From: the human T2T-CHM13v2.0 reference genome, Homo sapiens
Length of the DNA: 64,000 bases
Assembly (NCBI RefSeq): GCF_009914755.1
Contig: NC_060934.1
Strand: one strand, 5' to 3'
Part shown: positions 14,721-29,560 of the stretch, piece after piece
How positions within the stretch are numbered: position 1 is the stretch's first letter
Layout: each line of letters starts with the position of its first letter
Made by a program: the position numbers and the translations under genes
Notes under the pieces: generated by a model
What the model saw: only the letters and a program-made list of their open reading frames with translations
Database searches by the model: none
What the model was told of the DNA's origin: nothing

Positions 14721-16275
14721 GGGGACAAACAGAATTTGCTAGAGGTACTGTCAAGGTGAGCCATGGGGCATTGCTCAGAGACTCCATATGCCATCTCAGC
14801 AGTGGGTCCAGCATGTTGGCCTTCAGGCCAGGATATTGTGGGTAGTAGTGAGCAGTGATGCAAGGAGAACAGAAACAGGAGAGTGGACTTTGGGTGAGTT
14901 CTTCTAGAAAGATACTGGCATCTGTGAGAACTGGGCTCCAGGCAGAGCTGGAGTGCGGGAGAGGCCCTTAGTGTATTTGTGGACACTGACCTCAAAGAGT
15001 CTTTAAAAGCTTATTTTCTTGGCAAATATTAAGGGCTTTGGTGGGAGAAGAGAAAAGGAGGCTCTTTTAGGTGGGTAGGTGATTCTGGGGAGGTGTGTGC
15101 TAAAGGTAAGGGAGCTGTTAGGTCACCCAGTGCCCATAGCCTGGCTTAGGAGTGCCAAGGTGTTCAAGGAGCCCTCTTTATCCTCCACGTCTCAGGCACC
15201 CTGCTCATCTTCTTCCCCAGGACTGACAGCTGCGGCTGCAAACCTTAGGGGATGAGGGAATGCCCTAGCCCAACCTGAAAAGCCAGACCTTATTGAGATT
15301 CCTGCCACCTCCTGGCCCTGGAGGCTGATTTCAAACTTCACCAGCCACTTGATGCAGCTATTCCACAAGGTCAGGACTGAGAGGAGAGAGGAACCTAGAC
15401 TATTGTGTGGAGGGGAGAGTGGGGCCCAGTGGGCCAGGACACAGCTAATCACATTGCAAGCAAGGGTGGCTGCCGGAGGCTAGGGCTCAGCCCCATAGCC
15501 TCCCCTCCCCACCTTCCATCAGGGAACCGAGGAGAGAGACTGATTTTGCTGGGTAGTGTTTGCAAGTTCTGCCGAGATTTTAATTTCACTGCATCACAAC
15601 TCAGCAAGCTGCCAAGTCAAGCTGGTTATTTAAATTTATCACCCACTTTCCCTTCCGCCGCTGGGCTGCTCTAGCTCAGCGGCATCTCTTCTCTCCAGCC
15701 CACGGCTCTAGGCTGCTGGTCTGGAACGGAGCCTCGTCTCTCCTAAGTGATAAAGAAAGAGGGACCAGCTACATGAGAGAATGGGTCACGGGCATTCTGG
15801 CCCCAGGCTTTTTCAGGTTGGCTGGCTGTGGCTGGTACCTCTCATCACCTTCTTGACCCTCCAAAGGAGCCCAGAGGGGCTGCCATCCACCTCTCAGTAG
15901 TCCCAGGGCCCTCCGGGTCAGGGCATCTGCAGTGAGGACTCGCTCCAACTGCATGCAGGAGGCTTCATTCCTTAAAGTCTCCCATCCCTGGAAGAAAAGA
16001 TAGTCCCTGTTCTCCATAGCATTCTCACCTTGACCCCCCCTCCCCATGTCTGGCCGGGGCTCCAGTGACAAAGGAGCATGCAGAGACACTGGCAGTGATG
16101 TTGATCTGGGAGGAGAAGATGAGAACTTACTCCAGGATTCCCAAAGTCACTGGGGATGTTTCTGAGCATTAGAGAGTCCCTTGACACAGTGCAAGTCCAC
16201 CCCGAAGGAGAGAGCCCAGATGCAAGGAACAGTGCTGGAGAAGTCAGAGACTGTGCAGTTCCATGCTCTCTAGAA

Positions 16276-16501
16276 AAGGGTTGGCCAATCTTTTGGCTTC
16301 CCTGGGCCACTTTGGAAGGAGAAGAAATTACTTAAGTCACACATAAAATACACTAACACTAAGATAGCTGATGAGCTAAAAACAAAAACAAAAATAAAAT
16401 ACCTCATAATGTTTGATGAAAGTTTACGAATTTGCACTGGACCACATTCAAAGCTGTCCTGAGCAGCACGTGGCCTGTGGGCTGTGGATTGGACAGGCTC
16501 G
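16276..16501 (+). mobile_element. MER30-like hAT-Charlie MITE
   Basis: Matches recalled MER30 consensus (ccaatcttttggcttccctgggccac ... ttggacaggctcg); perfect 8-bp TSD CTCTAGAA at 16268 and 16502. Confidence 0.88.
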
Positions 16502-17420
16502 CTCTAGAAGCTAGGGAAAGCACCAGTCCCTGGAGCCACTGCACCCACAGGCTTCACTGGCCTCTAGTGGGCATTGCTGCCGCGCACTGGCAGAGCCTTG
16601 AGCAAGTGCAGCTCTCACCGCCCTTGTTTTAGTCACAGAGAGGTAAAGGAGGAATGAGATTGATGTCTGGGACCCAGGCAGGCTACCTCACCAAAACATA
16701 ACTGAATAAAATATAACAACAAAAATGTTAATACGCAGCAAATCTCACTCTTTGGTGCCAGAAATAGAGGGGAACTCAAAGCCAGATCAGTATTGGAGAG
16801 GCCGCTGGCATCACACTGGAGGGAGATGCTGACTGGGAGAGGATGGGGTTGTAACACACCAGTCAGGGAATGTGACTTTGGGAATCAGGAAGCCAGAACT
16901 GAGTATCATCCTGCATAAAGCAAGGAACAGAACAGGGACCACACTGTCCGTGAAAGGCAAACACATACACTCGTCTGAGTAGCCCAGGGAAACAAGGAAG
17001 GGGGCAGAATGGAAGGTCACCATGAGACATGGAGACGCCAAGCCTGATGCCAGATCAGAGTCCAAATTTATACCATGAGTATGTTGCAGGAAACCCAAGC
17101 CAGGAACTTACATAAAAATTTGTACAGGATAGTAACCCATTCTGAAACCTCACCAGGAGCAATGACAAACCTTCTTTGTAGAGACATTCTAAAATCCAGG
17201 GCACATGGGACTCCCACAGGGGGAAGAAAAAACCCCACCACTAATGATGAGCTTACTGTAAAAAAAAGTACACATCTCATGTGAATACAAACTTTCAAAA
17301 GGGAAAGTTAGTAGAAGCAATAAACAGAACAGTTAACATCCCCCCAAGACCTGGGAACAATAGAATAATCCAAAAGTGCTATAAACTCAGCATGTTTAAT
17401 ATTCTAAAAAAGATCAAAGG

Positions 17421-17809
<389 letters not shown>

Positions 17810-20800
17810 TCAGATAATGGAGATCAAAAAGGGCAAAGAATGAGGACCATACCTATAGATTATTGCTTTGGGGTCCAGGAGGCATGGAAAGAGCTGAGCC
17901 TCAGGCAACTCTGAAAGTAGAGCCTGTTCCAGGCTTGTCCAGGCTCCCAGACTGCTAAGCCTCAGCAGAAAATCTTATATTTTCTTTGAGAAAATGTCTG
18001 AACATTAGAGAGCTAGAGATGGGCACAGTACCTTTCTCCCCAGTGGGGTGGGGGCAGGTGGGAAGCCTCCGTAGCTTCCCCATCCTGGTTGGGGGAAGGT
18101 GGTTTTATTCAAGAGCTTGGGAGAAATGTCTCTTAATTGCTGAAGACTGCAGTTTTGAAGGAAGCTGTAATTAAGATCCAGGAAGAGATGTGGATGCTGC
18201 CCAAGAGGGAAGTGCCCAAGGCAGGAAGAGGGAGCAGAAGAGGCTGGTCTCCCAGAAGCTGGCTGATTTGAGCAGAGGTAGGGGAGGCCAGAGAGGCAAA
18301 GTTCACAGCTGGACAGCAGCAGGGACCAGTGTGAGCAGTGTGGATGTAGCTTCTGAAAAGGGTTGCCAACTCAGAAGCTCGGCCTCCTGGCCCACATCTG
18401 AGATGGTCAGCAAAGTGGCCTTTTAGCAGATAGAGGTGTGGACCCTGGGAAACCTCCTCCTCCTACTCAGGGCATCCTGAGGACCTCCAGGAACTGCCTC
18501 TTTCCTGTAGTTAACAACCCCCTTCCAATGCAACTGCATTTCCCTCCATAAAACAAACAGCTTAGCCCTTGGCCAGCCCCCGGGGGAGGAGAGGGCAATA
18601 AAGACTGAGAAATGTTTCTCAAGGAGGCTGGGAGTCTCCTAGTCTTGTCTGTCAGCTCAAAGCCCCTGATTAGCTAGAGGAATTTAGGGCACAGACATCA
18701 TAGTTCCTCTCCTTGAAAGGAGAGGGCTAAGACAACTTCAGACGTGTGGCAAGTCAGAGATCCCTTTACTGTGGAGGCCAAAGCAAGCCAGAGGGCTGTT
18801 CCTCAGTGCTCACATGCCCTAGACCCTTCCTTTAGGCTGTGAGGGTCCCAAGAAAAGAGGCTAGCCTCCTTCAAACATCCCTGAGTCTGCTGGCCACATC
18901 CCCAAGGACCTCCAGCCCCCAACCTCAGCTCTGATTTAATTATGGGGGCATTTCCATAGCAATGAGACATTGACAGATATGCGGCTGCTCTCGGCCTGCA
19001 GCCTAGGGAGTCATTGGATCAGGCCTCTTTCCCTTCCTCCTTTATCCAGTCCACTGATAGAGGTAAAGGATATGGAAAAGAAGAGGCCCTAATCCACTGT
19101 CGGGATCAGAGTCAGGCCATATTTGACCAGCATAAAAGCTGTGCCACCTCAATCTCAGGTCCCAATCCCATGTCCTTGTCTGTGCCTACCGGCCACCCTG
19201 TGCTGCTGGGCTGCCCTTCCCAGGAGGGTGCCATGGCAGAAGTACCCTGGCTGAGAATGGGGCTGCAGAGGGAGGAGCATCGTAGGGAGGGTGACAAAGG
19301 TAGGAAGGGTTTGGGGTGTCTTAGCAAAGACGTAGTTCTGGTGTTTTCTACGCTGAGCTCAAATTTGGCCCTTAACCTTGGGCCTTTCTTCTTACCTCCT
19401 CCCTTCATCTCTTCCCTCTGTCCGTGAGGCCCAAAAACCTGAACATGCCAAATGGAGTGCTTATTCCTCCAAGGATGGCCTCACTTGTTCATCAGAGATC
19501 AGAGAGAGAGAGAAAGGGGCCAGTCTGAATTTGAATCAAAATATTTTCTAAGAAATCAATGATCTTGCTATCAAGTGCATAACAATAGCCAACTCAGGCC
19601 AATAAAGGATTGCCCAGTTGAGAATACTGGCCACTGCTTTCATGATTCGTCAGGTTACGGGACCCTTTTGGTTTCTGTAGATGTCATTTAGATACTTGAT
19701 GTGTCCCACAGGGGAATTCTCCAAAAAAGAGATCTCCCAGCACTAAGCTTTTTAGTCCGTTATTTGGTACTTTTTAAGAAGAAAATGTTGGCTAAGTAAA
19801 AGTAAGGTCAGTCAACCCAACATTTTTTGAATGACCGGAAATCCTAAAGACTGCTGTCCCAATGAAACAGGTATGTATTGGTACCAAGGGCTCAGAAATG
19901 TCTCAGTGGCCTCAAAGCCACCTAGGCAAGACCTGAAAACCTGTTTCCCCCAGAGGGCCGGCCACCTCCAAGGTGACAGGAAGACCCCCCACTTTTTTCC
20001 CAGGGTAGCCAGAATCCCTTCCACCTCCACAATTAGCTGTAGCCTCAGGACAAACAAGCTAGTGCTTTTGCAACCCTGAGCTTTGGGAGACAAGCTCCGC
20101 CACTATTGTCACTTCTGAGAGGGCTTTGCATGCCTTCAGCCTGAATCCTCCCCTCTTCTCCCCAGTGGTGGTGGCGGCTGGGCTGGCAGGCAGGGAAGGA
20201 GGAAATCCTGCAGGGCTCGGAGAACAGCCTAATGCTGCAGAGGCTTAAGTGGCCGTTTTCCTTGGGATTAGGGTTTCACTTACACAGAGCGCCTGAAAAA
20301 CACTGCGCTTTTGGAAGGATTAGAGCTGACAATTCAGTGCTCTCAGAGAACAAAATAAAGCCAGAGAGGAACTGGGAGGCCTGGAGTATCAGAAGACTCT
20401 GCAAACAGGCTTAACCTCTGCCCACCCAGCATGAGGGTCTCTCATGCTCTGAGCCCATCTTTGAGCCTGGGCCCAACCTCTTGAGTGCCAGTACCTGCCC
20501 AACTCCAATCTTCATTTGTGATTTGCTCATGGAGCCAGAGAAGGCAACACAGGGACGTTGCCTTCTGGAAAGAGGACTGGGAAGTTGCCAACTGGGAAGA
20601 GGACTGGAAATGTCTTCCCCTCTCTCTGAGCCTCAGTTTCCTCCTCCGTAAAACAAGGGAGTTGGACTAGAAGATATCCAAGTTCCTTCTCAGCCCTTTG
20701 AAAATGTGATTCTCCCCAACATTCCCTGGTGTTATCCTAGGATGCTGAAGCTGCATTTCCATCCATGGTCCAGCTGAATTAGAAGGAAACCACCTCCTGT

Positions 20801-21861
20801 GAGGCCCTGAGCCAACAGGCTACACAGCCCAGAGGAGGGCGGGGTGCTGGGAGAAGGGATGGAAACAGCATGACTGGTTGTGTCCGGCCGGTTGGCTGTC
20901 AAGGTGTAGACCTCACTAAGCCCCTGCAGATCTGGGTAACATCCCTGCCTAGGACACACCAGGGATTCAAGGTGGCAGTGGGAGCTGAGATCAACTGGAA
21001 GAGCAGCCACCCTGAGTTGGAGGCACAGCCCCCTCTGCTGGAACCTGGAGCAGGCAAGCCTCAGGTGGGGTATGGGGCTGAGGCCAGAGCCTGGGGCTGT
21101 GGGCTGTCCCATAGTCCCTTCTGCCCTAGAGGACAACTCAAATCCTGGGAGGATTTGGAAGCTTGGGAAATAAGAAATGAAAGGAAATATGTAGATAGTT
21201 ATTTTCCTCTCCTTTTAAAACATCTTGTGTGGATTTAAAGTTTGTTACTTTAGTGTAATAGATATACGTTGAATTGGTCATAAGGTGCTCGTAATTGTTA
21301 TAGTAAATACCAATTATGCATTTATATATTTAGGCAGCAATTACAAATTTAATAACTGTGTATTTTTGTAAGTATTATAAATGCCTATGTCAAATGCAGG
21401 CATAGACTGCCAGCCTTGAAGAAATCTAATGTCTTCATTTTCGCTACCTTATGAGAAGCAGACAGAACTTGAGGATAGGGCAGTAAAACAAGAGTTATGT
21501 TTTCTGGCCTTAGGGTCCTCCGCAGTGTCAAGTGGGTAGCAAAAGTGCTCATTTTCAGAGAAAGATGCTGAGGAAAAGCATCTCTGAACTCCTCGATAGA
21601 ACTTTTGCTATATAAATCTATGTCTAATAAGTCTCATCTGAGCCATCATGAGCAGCAGTTTCTGCTTCTTTCGTGGCTTCCTTTTTATTTCCTTGATCTT
21701 CTGAATGCTGACATTTTCCTTGACTTGAGATGCAACTCCCTGCTACTTCACATGTTATTTTGCTGTGCTTTGTATCATCCTGTTTATTGATACAATTCAA
21801 GTAGTTGCAAACAAATCAGTGTCTTATGCCAAAGAACGGGGCTCTTTCACTTTTTTATAAA

Positions 21862-22042
21862 CAGTGCTTATTAATCTTTAAGCCATATTTTTTGAGAATA
21901 TGATAAAAGTCATGTACCATCTACACAGAAAGATACAGATATACAATGTCCATAACATTTTATGTATAGATTTATATAGACCCCTTGAAGTGATCTATGG
22001 GTTCTTGAGGGATCAGTTAACCCCAATTTAAAACCCCCACTG
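21862..22042. mobile_element. Old hAT-type MITE fragment
   Basis: cagtgctt...cccccactg termini with AT-rich core; family uncertain. Confidence 0.4.
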
Positions 22043-22322
22043 TAAAAAAGTGGAAGAAACTGAAACACATAAGAAACAAGAAGTGACAAGATGTTCTGTT
22101 ATAGGAAGGATTCACTTAGCATGATCCCATATTACTTTCCTGGACCAAACACCTATCTATTTTCTGGGTCTGCACTATTTGAGAACAATATCATTCCAGG
22201 ATCATTTCCCAAGTATACAGCCTGTTCTGTAATCCAGTTTCTGCCATCTACTAGCAGTGAAATCTCAGACGTAATATTTGGCCCCTCTGAGTTTATTTCT
22301 CATCTATAGAATGGGGATTAAA

Positions 22323-22953
<631 letters not shown>

Positions 22954-23099
22954 CATCAACATCATAGGGTTGATATGAAGATTAAATGAGATAATACATC
23001 ATATAAAATGTTAAGGACACCGCCCAGCATATAGAAGGTGCTCAATGAATGCTAGGTAGTCCTGGCCCAAGTAGAAACACAGCTCTGACCTTGAATCTT

Positions 23100-24960
23100 A
23101 GACCTGATGGTGAAAGTAGCACAAATTACCTGATGACTACAATTTTTCAACTTTCTTAATAAAGTCTTTCACTTTGCTTTTCTCTGTACTTGTAAGGGGA
23201 GCTGCACTTAGATTCTCCAAAGCAGTTGATTTGATCTGGCCCATTTGGTAAGGAATGTCTGACGAAAGTGCACTGTCTGATGCAGTTGTAGTGATTGCTG
23301 TAGAAATTGGCTTTAGAATCTTCAGGGACTTCTGCAGTTGAACTGAGAAGACATCCTCATCAAGTACAGTGCTTTGAACACTTCTGGGGACTTTAAGATT
23401 CTCCACTACCACTGTTTCTTGAAGACCCTCTTTGTTTTTCAGAAAACTCTCACAGGAGATTAATACTCCACCCCATGGAGTTTTATTATAGACTTTTGGC
23501 ATCGGGATTTTATTCTCTGAGTCCTTTTTATCCACAGCCATGACGATATGAGACTTTGTTTGTCAGATGACTTCTTTTCCTTTTCTTTGGCTCTTTTGGG
23601 GAGTATCTGGCTTCGTGTTATTAAAAGGCAGTGTGGTATAAACATGGCTTCAAATTTTGGCTGTATCATTTACTAGCTGTGTAGTCATGGGAAAACTGTG
23701 ATGCATCTTTGTGCCTTCATTGTCTCACCCTTGAAACAAGGAAGTTACCTCATCATCTGGAAGGCTATTCATCTTTAAAAACTTTGTAACCTTGGCCAGG
23801 CGCGGTGGCTTATGCCTGTAATCCCAGCACTTTTGGAGGCCAAGGCAGGCAGATCACTTGAGGTCAGGAGTTTGAGACCAGCCTGGCCAACATGGTGAAA
23901 CCCTGTCTCTACTAAAAATACAAAAATTAGACGGGCATGGTGGCACACAACTATAGTCCCAGCTACAGGCTAAGGCATGAGAATCACTTGAACCCAGGAG
24001 GCGGAGGTTGCAGTGAGCCGAGATCGCACCACTGCATTCCAGCCTGGGCGATAGAGCGAGACTTCATCTCAAAAAACGAAAAACAAAAAACAACTTTGTA
24101 ACCTTGGAAAGCAAGTGTCCAACATGAAATGCCCATCTTCTTGTAATAATATGTGGGGTTTTGTCCATTTGTAATTTCTGATGCTGTTTTTATGTTACTG
24201 GCCATTGTCATTGAGCAACAAAAATCCTCTACTGCTTTCTGTTGGGTGGCACATATTTTATAACTGATGTATTCTGCCACATAACTGTTTTCTCCTTTTT
24301 CTGTGCTTTTGCTTGTTTGTATAAAGGAGGTGCTGTGCTGTTGTACAGTTTTAGAGTCTGTCTGCACTCATGTTTTTCCATCCATCTATAGTACAGCAAG
24401 GCCCAGTGCTCTGTCGATTCTTGCTTGCACAGATTCCATTACCCATTCATATTCTTTCACTAAAAGAGGCTTGCTCAAAGAATGCTGCTGGGCAAATGGT
24501 ATGACAGTCTTAGTAATTTGAAAACTTCCTGCAGTATGTGTTTTCCATTATTGACAATGGTGTTCCAGAAGAATATATGGCAAGAGTTTGGTCAATTTTT
24601 TCTGCTCTTTAAGTGTCACCTGTGTGCTAATGAAGCAATTGAGAGTGCTTTGTATGCAGTGGCCAGCACCTTTGCTGGCTCAGGGGTCCTGAACAGGGTA
24701 CTCCTTTGTGGAGATACTGGTGTTATAGACTCCGCAGCAGCAGGTGCACAGCTGTATGCAGAACACGAGGAAGCTTGCGTGCTTTTTCCTTGTCTTGGGA
24801 CTCTTCTTTCACGTTTTAAAAATTTCTACATGGCACTGCCCAACTTCAGTTTTCTAAATAGAATTTGGCAATGTGCCTTTCAATCAGCTGTTCAGTGGGT
24901 GACTTTCAGCATGCAAAAGTTCCTACCTGAGGGAAGTTGCCATTTTGCAAGACAGAAAGG
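23100..24960 (-). mobile_element. Decayed hAT-superfamily DNA transposon coding region (Zaphod/Tip100-like)
   Basis: Minus-strand fragments, with frameshifts: EKIDQTLAIYSSGTPLSIMENTY, QEVFKLLRLSYHLPS, HSLSKPLLVKEYE, TIDGWKN (24378-24386), DN-ASNIKTA, KTPWGGVLISCESFLKNKEGLQ...LKILKPISTAITT. Confidence 0.8.
23794..24091 (+). mobile_element. Alu (S-like), inserted in the hAT transposase fossil
   Basis: TSD aactttgtaacctt at 23780 and 24092. Confidence 0.95.
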
Positions 24961-25819
24961 CAGTAGAAATAAAACTTTCCAATAGGACTGCATCCAGGTT
25001 AGCTGGAAACATCTTTCTAGTTATCCAGCCTGTCTTCCTTCCTCCTGAAGTGAGGTAGGAGATTCCGTGACAAAACTTTAGATTATAAGGAATTCATGGT
25101 GACAGATTGTGGGAATCATAAAACTGAAAACCAGAATTCAGATGCATTTAAATTCCTGTTTATTAAGAAAGAGGCACACCCCTTTTCCTGCTGCTTTGCA
25201 GACTTTATGATGACAGGGAAGGAGGAATTAGGTTTCTATATCTGTTCAGCTTCAAAACTTCTGCGTCTTCCCTAACTCGATCCTGTCCTGGGCCTTTCTC
25301 TTTTTTTTGACCAATAAATGCCATATTATTAATCTCTCTAGGAATTGATTTTGATATTGCTGTCATTGTCTACTTCAGGTCCACTCCACTGAGAGACAGT
25401 CAGGAGGAGTGTAGCTTTCAATGACAACAGAAGTCAATAAAAGAAAACCCACATCAAAGCAAACACAAATCCTTTATTCTGTCTCTCTAGGAGTCAAAAG
25501 TGATCTCTTGTTTGGCAGTTCTACTCTGCTTGTTCTCGAGTTTTAGGAAATGAAAGATATTGGCTATATTAGACAGGTATAGAGGAAAGTCATTCTATTG
25601 CATAATAAAGTCACAATATATGAGTCCCTCACTGTAAACCTCTTATCAGCCTATAAAAAATCATAATCTATTGTTTAAATTGTTTTTTAAAGAAAAAGCA
25701 TATTCTAATATTTACATTTTATCCAAGCCTTTACTTCTTTAATGAGACCAATATACATGAAACAATAAAAAAAATGATAACCCATCAGGAATTGGCTGTT
25801 AAGTGCAATAGATTGATGG

Positions 25820-26900
25820 ACGATTAATCAACAAGTGTTTATTGAGCATCTACCACGTTCTCAACTATGCAGGATAAAGCAGAAGACAGGGTCCTGCCCT
25901 CAGGTTGCTTATGATCTGTTTGAAGAAGCAAGCTATGATATGAAACATCAGGGCTCATATATTATGAAATATAATGGCATGGTAAACCATGCAGCACAGA
26001 TGCTGTAGAAGTTTGGAAGAGAGAAACTTCCCTGATGGGTAGAATGGTAGGGATTTTAAGGCTTCAGTGGGGAAGGAGAGGAAAACCGTAAGGAAGAAGA
26101 AAAGGTCATGGCAAAAGCATAGGGGGTTCACATCACACAAGCCATGAAAACAGTCAAACTAAACCAGGAGAGGTGATAATCTTAAGTTGGATGGAGAGAG
26201 TACCTTAGCAGCTTTAAAAGCCACAGAGTTTCATTTCAAACTATAGACTACAGGGAATCAGTAATAGTTTTTACAAGGGAAGTGGTGTGATGAAAGCAAA
26301 GTTTCATGAGGACTAGCCAAGCAGCCACATTTAGGACAGACAGGAGGGGAAGAATGTGGAGTCAGGGAATGCAAGCAAAAATATTCTGTGGCAAAAAGAA
26401 GGTGCTTAGAAGCTGAGCTAGGAAGGTAGTGGAAGAAATGGAAATTGAGCAGATGTAACAGACATTGCCAAGGAGAATTGACAATACTTGGTGACTGACT
26501 TCATCTAGAATGGGAGGAAGAAGGCTATGTCAAGAAGGACTCCAAAGTTTTTGGTCTTATGATATTCAAGATCATAAGAACCGACAGAGGGAAGATGAAT
26601 CTGTTTTTATTCCAGTTAGGTTTGAGGTAACAGAGGGACAGCCAAGGAAAATGTTCAGCAGGGTACTAGAAATGCAAAAACCTGAGCTGTAGCTCTGTAT
26701 AGCTAGGGAAGGATGAATCACTCAGACGTGTCAAGGTAGGGATGAGGAAACTCATACAGCTCTGGAATGCAGGGAGGTGAGGCCATCTTCAAAGGGAGAG
26801 TAGCAAAGAGAGAGAGAGATGCTTTGGAATAGCCATTGGGAGAATAATGACTATGGCCCAGCTGATGAAAAGAAAGTGAACGGGCCCAGGTATGCATAGT
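25820..26900 (-). mobile_element. L2 LINE fragments
   Basis: tttattgagcatctac 3'-end signature, then purine-rich L2 body. Similar L2 pieces at ~35570-36430, 37200-38050, 40290-41850, 54100-54680, 60460-62030. Confidence 0.65.
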
Positions 26901-27708
26901 TCTGTTACTTTCTCCAGCCATGCCTTGCCTTCCCAAGGATAGACAGAGGCATTAGAGTAATAGAGTGGCATTGGCTAGTGAGGAGAATAAGGGGAATCTG
27001 GAGGGGTTAAGGGGGTTCCAGGAGGTCCAGGAGAGGATAAAGAGATTATGGCAGAGGGGAGAAAGCAAATTATTATTAGAGATCACAGCATGCTAAATTG
27101 CAAAGGGAGGTGGTGGCCCCTTCATAGCCATGGAGGATGCAGGCAAGGTAGGGAGCCCAGTCATGTGCAGCTGTGTCCCAGAGGACATGTCGGTGGACCA
27201 GGGGTAGCACCCTCATCTTGACTCGCTTTGTCTCCCACCCTCCAGGCTTTAGCTGATAGAGCCCTCCAGGGACAGAAGTCCAGCAGCTGGTGGGGGAGCA
27301 GATTTTGCTCATTGGAACTTTATCTGGTCCACTTGCACTTTTGGCTCAAAGCTCCTGATTCACTTCAGGGTGGTTTTCTATCATGTAAATGCCATAAACA
27401 CTAACAGCAAAATAGCCCACTGGCTGCCCCCCTGCTCTCCACACCTGCCAGGACCAGGACCTGCAGCTCCACTTGGAGAGGACAAGGAATAGCCATCAGT
27501 CCCTGTAGGGGTGATGGTGGGGTGTCCTCCAAGCCTGAAGGAAAGATGGGGTGTTAGGGAGAGGAAAGATAAGCAAGATGATAGAGGTCCATTTGGCTGC
27601 TGGAGAGACCACAGCTGAATATCTTGCTGAGAAGGAGGAGTAAAACCAGGTCATCTCCCTCCCATCTCCATCTGGGTTTGGAATGCACAGAGACACAGGC
27701 AAAGGCAG

Positions 27709-27710
<2 letters not shown>

Positions 27711-27759
<49 letters not shown>
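27711..27759. repeat. (AC)~24 microsatellite in intron 8
   Basis: Perfect AC run ~250 bp upstream of the 102-bp exon. Confidence 0.97.
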
Positions 27760-27761
<2 letters not shown>

Positions 27762-27958
27762 TACACAGAGACACAAAGAGCTACACAAAACAGAGATGCG
27801 TACACACAGCTGATCATAGACATTTAGCTTAGACACATGCAAAGGCACACTCAGATGGCGCATTCAGGTGCACAGTGGCACACATACCCCTGCACGTCTG
27901 CACAGAGCTCTTTCCTCTCCAAGAGTTTCCTCTCCGTGCAGTACCCTGGTGTGAGTAG

Positions 27959-28117
<159 letters not shown>

Positions 28118-28264
28118 TGACAATGCTGCAGCTGCCTAATCTAGGTGGGGGGAACTAAATTGTGGGTGAGCTGCTGAATGGTCTGTAGTCTGAGGCTGGG
28201 GTAGGGGGAGACACAACGTCCCCTCCCTGCAAACCACTGCTATTCTGTCCCTCTCTCTCCTTAG

Positions 28265-28347
28265 AGGCTGCAGTTGGTCCCTCATCCTCCCTCATGAGCA
28301 AGCCGGGGAGGAAGCTTGCAGAAGTGCCCCCTTGTGTGCAACCCACT
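28265..28347 (+). CDS. PAX2: PAX2 alternative frameshifting cassette exon (classical exon 10, 83 bp; isoform c type)
   Basis: Acceptor ctctctccttAG, donor GTatgt at 28348. Encodes (E)AAVGPSSSLMSKPGRKLAEVPPCVQPT; length is not a multiple of 3. Confidence 0.88.
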
Positions 28348-29394
28348 GTATGTCATGGCCCCTCCACAGCGCCCACCCACCCAAGTCTGTGCCCGAGGAG
28401 CACTCAGCCTCAGCTCCACCCTCAGTGCCCAGCCCACCCCAGCCAGCTGACACTGCTTGGAAGAGCCTGCCCTGGTTTCCATGGAAACTTGGAGCCAAGA
28501 ACCATTTCCAGGGGCATGTCAGTCACTCAGACAAAGCCACCCTGGTCCACACCAAGACACAAGGGAAGACCAATGTTGAGAACCAACCCCAACCCCAACC
28601 CAGAGACAGTAGGGAGCTAGTCCCTAAGAGGAATGGAGGTCAGGCTGCGGCGGGAAGCAGGGAGAGTCGCTGCAGTGAGACAGGCTAGAACACCCCTATA
28701 CCTCTTCAGAGGCACCCAGCCTTCCATTGCTTCCCTGGGGCTCTGACCCATCCCTAATCAGAGGAGTTGGGTTTGGGTTGTTTGAATCAGAGAGACAGAG
28801 GCTGTATTTAAGGTCTGGTGACTGCAGCTGGAGGTTGTACTATACCTAACCCCTAACCCCAGATTGGGAGCAGGGTCTTGAAGCCAAAGAGAGTTGAAGT
28901 TCCTATGTGCACAAACACCAAAACACTCTTGTCTTAAGGAGGGTTAGACTCACTCAGCCAGCAACTCACTCCCTCTGGCCGCCCTCTATGTGGCCTTTCC
29001 CTGAAGTTCAACTCTCATTGGTATGGGGAATGGGGAGGATAGAAGAGAGTGGTTGGCCCCATCCATCCAGGGACATTTAGGTATAACCCTGGGTAAGCAG
29101 AGCTTGGGGTAGGGGCAGCGGCAAAGAGGGAGATTGCTGCTGGGTCTTATGGACTAGGGGCTGAAGGGAGTTAGAGGTGTGGGTAAAGGGATTCCTGCCC
29201 AGATTTAGGGGAAGGAAAGTAGAAGCCTGTTGGGAGGCAAGGAGATTTTAGGGAGAAACTCCCAGCAGTGAGCAGGTGGGGGCTGGAGGAGGTTTTAAAG
29301 AGGTGGGGTGAGGGAAGAGTGGGGAGGTGGGGGCAGGGAGTCTGCAGGGAGGTGGGGAAGAGGGGAGCCGCAGAGAGCTCGTGGTGTCGAGGGG

Positions 29395-29560
29395 GGAGTC
29401 GTTAAACAGAATCTAGTGCTGATGAGGAAATTACACTTGTTTCATTAGCGATGGGGAAGGAGATAGCTCAGTTCCTCTTGGTCACAGTTGAGCTCAGAAG
29501 CTCATTATCCTGCTGCACGCATGCTTTCCCTCCTCGTCAATAAACAGGCTTTCCAGTGGC
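29395..29560. promoter_or_regulatory. Candidate conserved intronic element
   Basis: Unique block with ATTA cores and GTCAATAAA, between a G-rich tract and the CpG island. Confidence 0.35.

Noticed and set aside
24482-24985. 167-aa plus-strand ORF
   Set aside because: Antisense shadow of the decayed hAT transposase.
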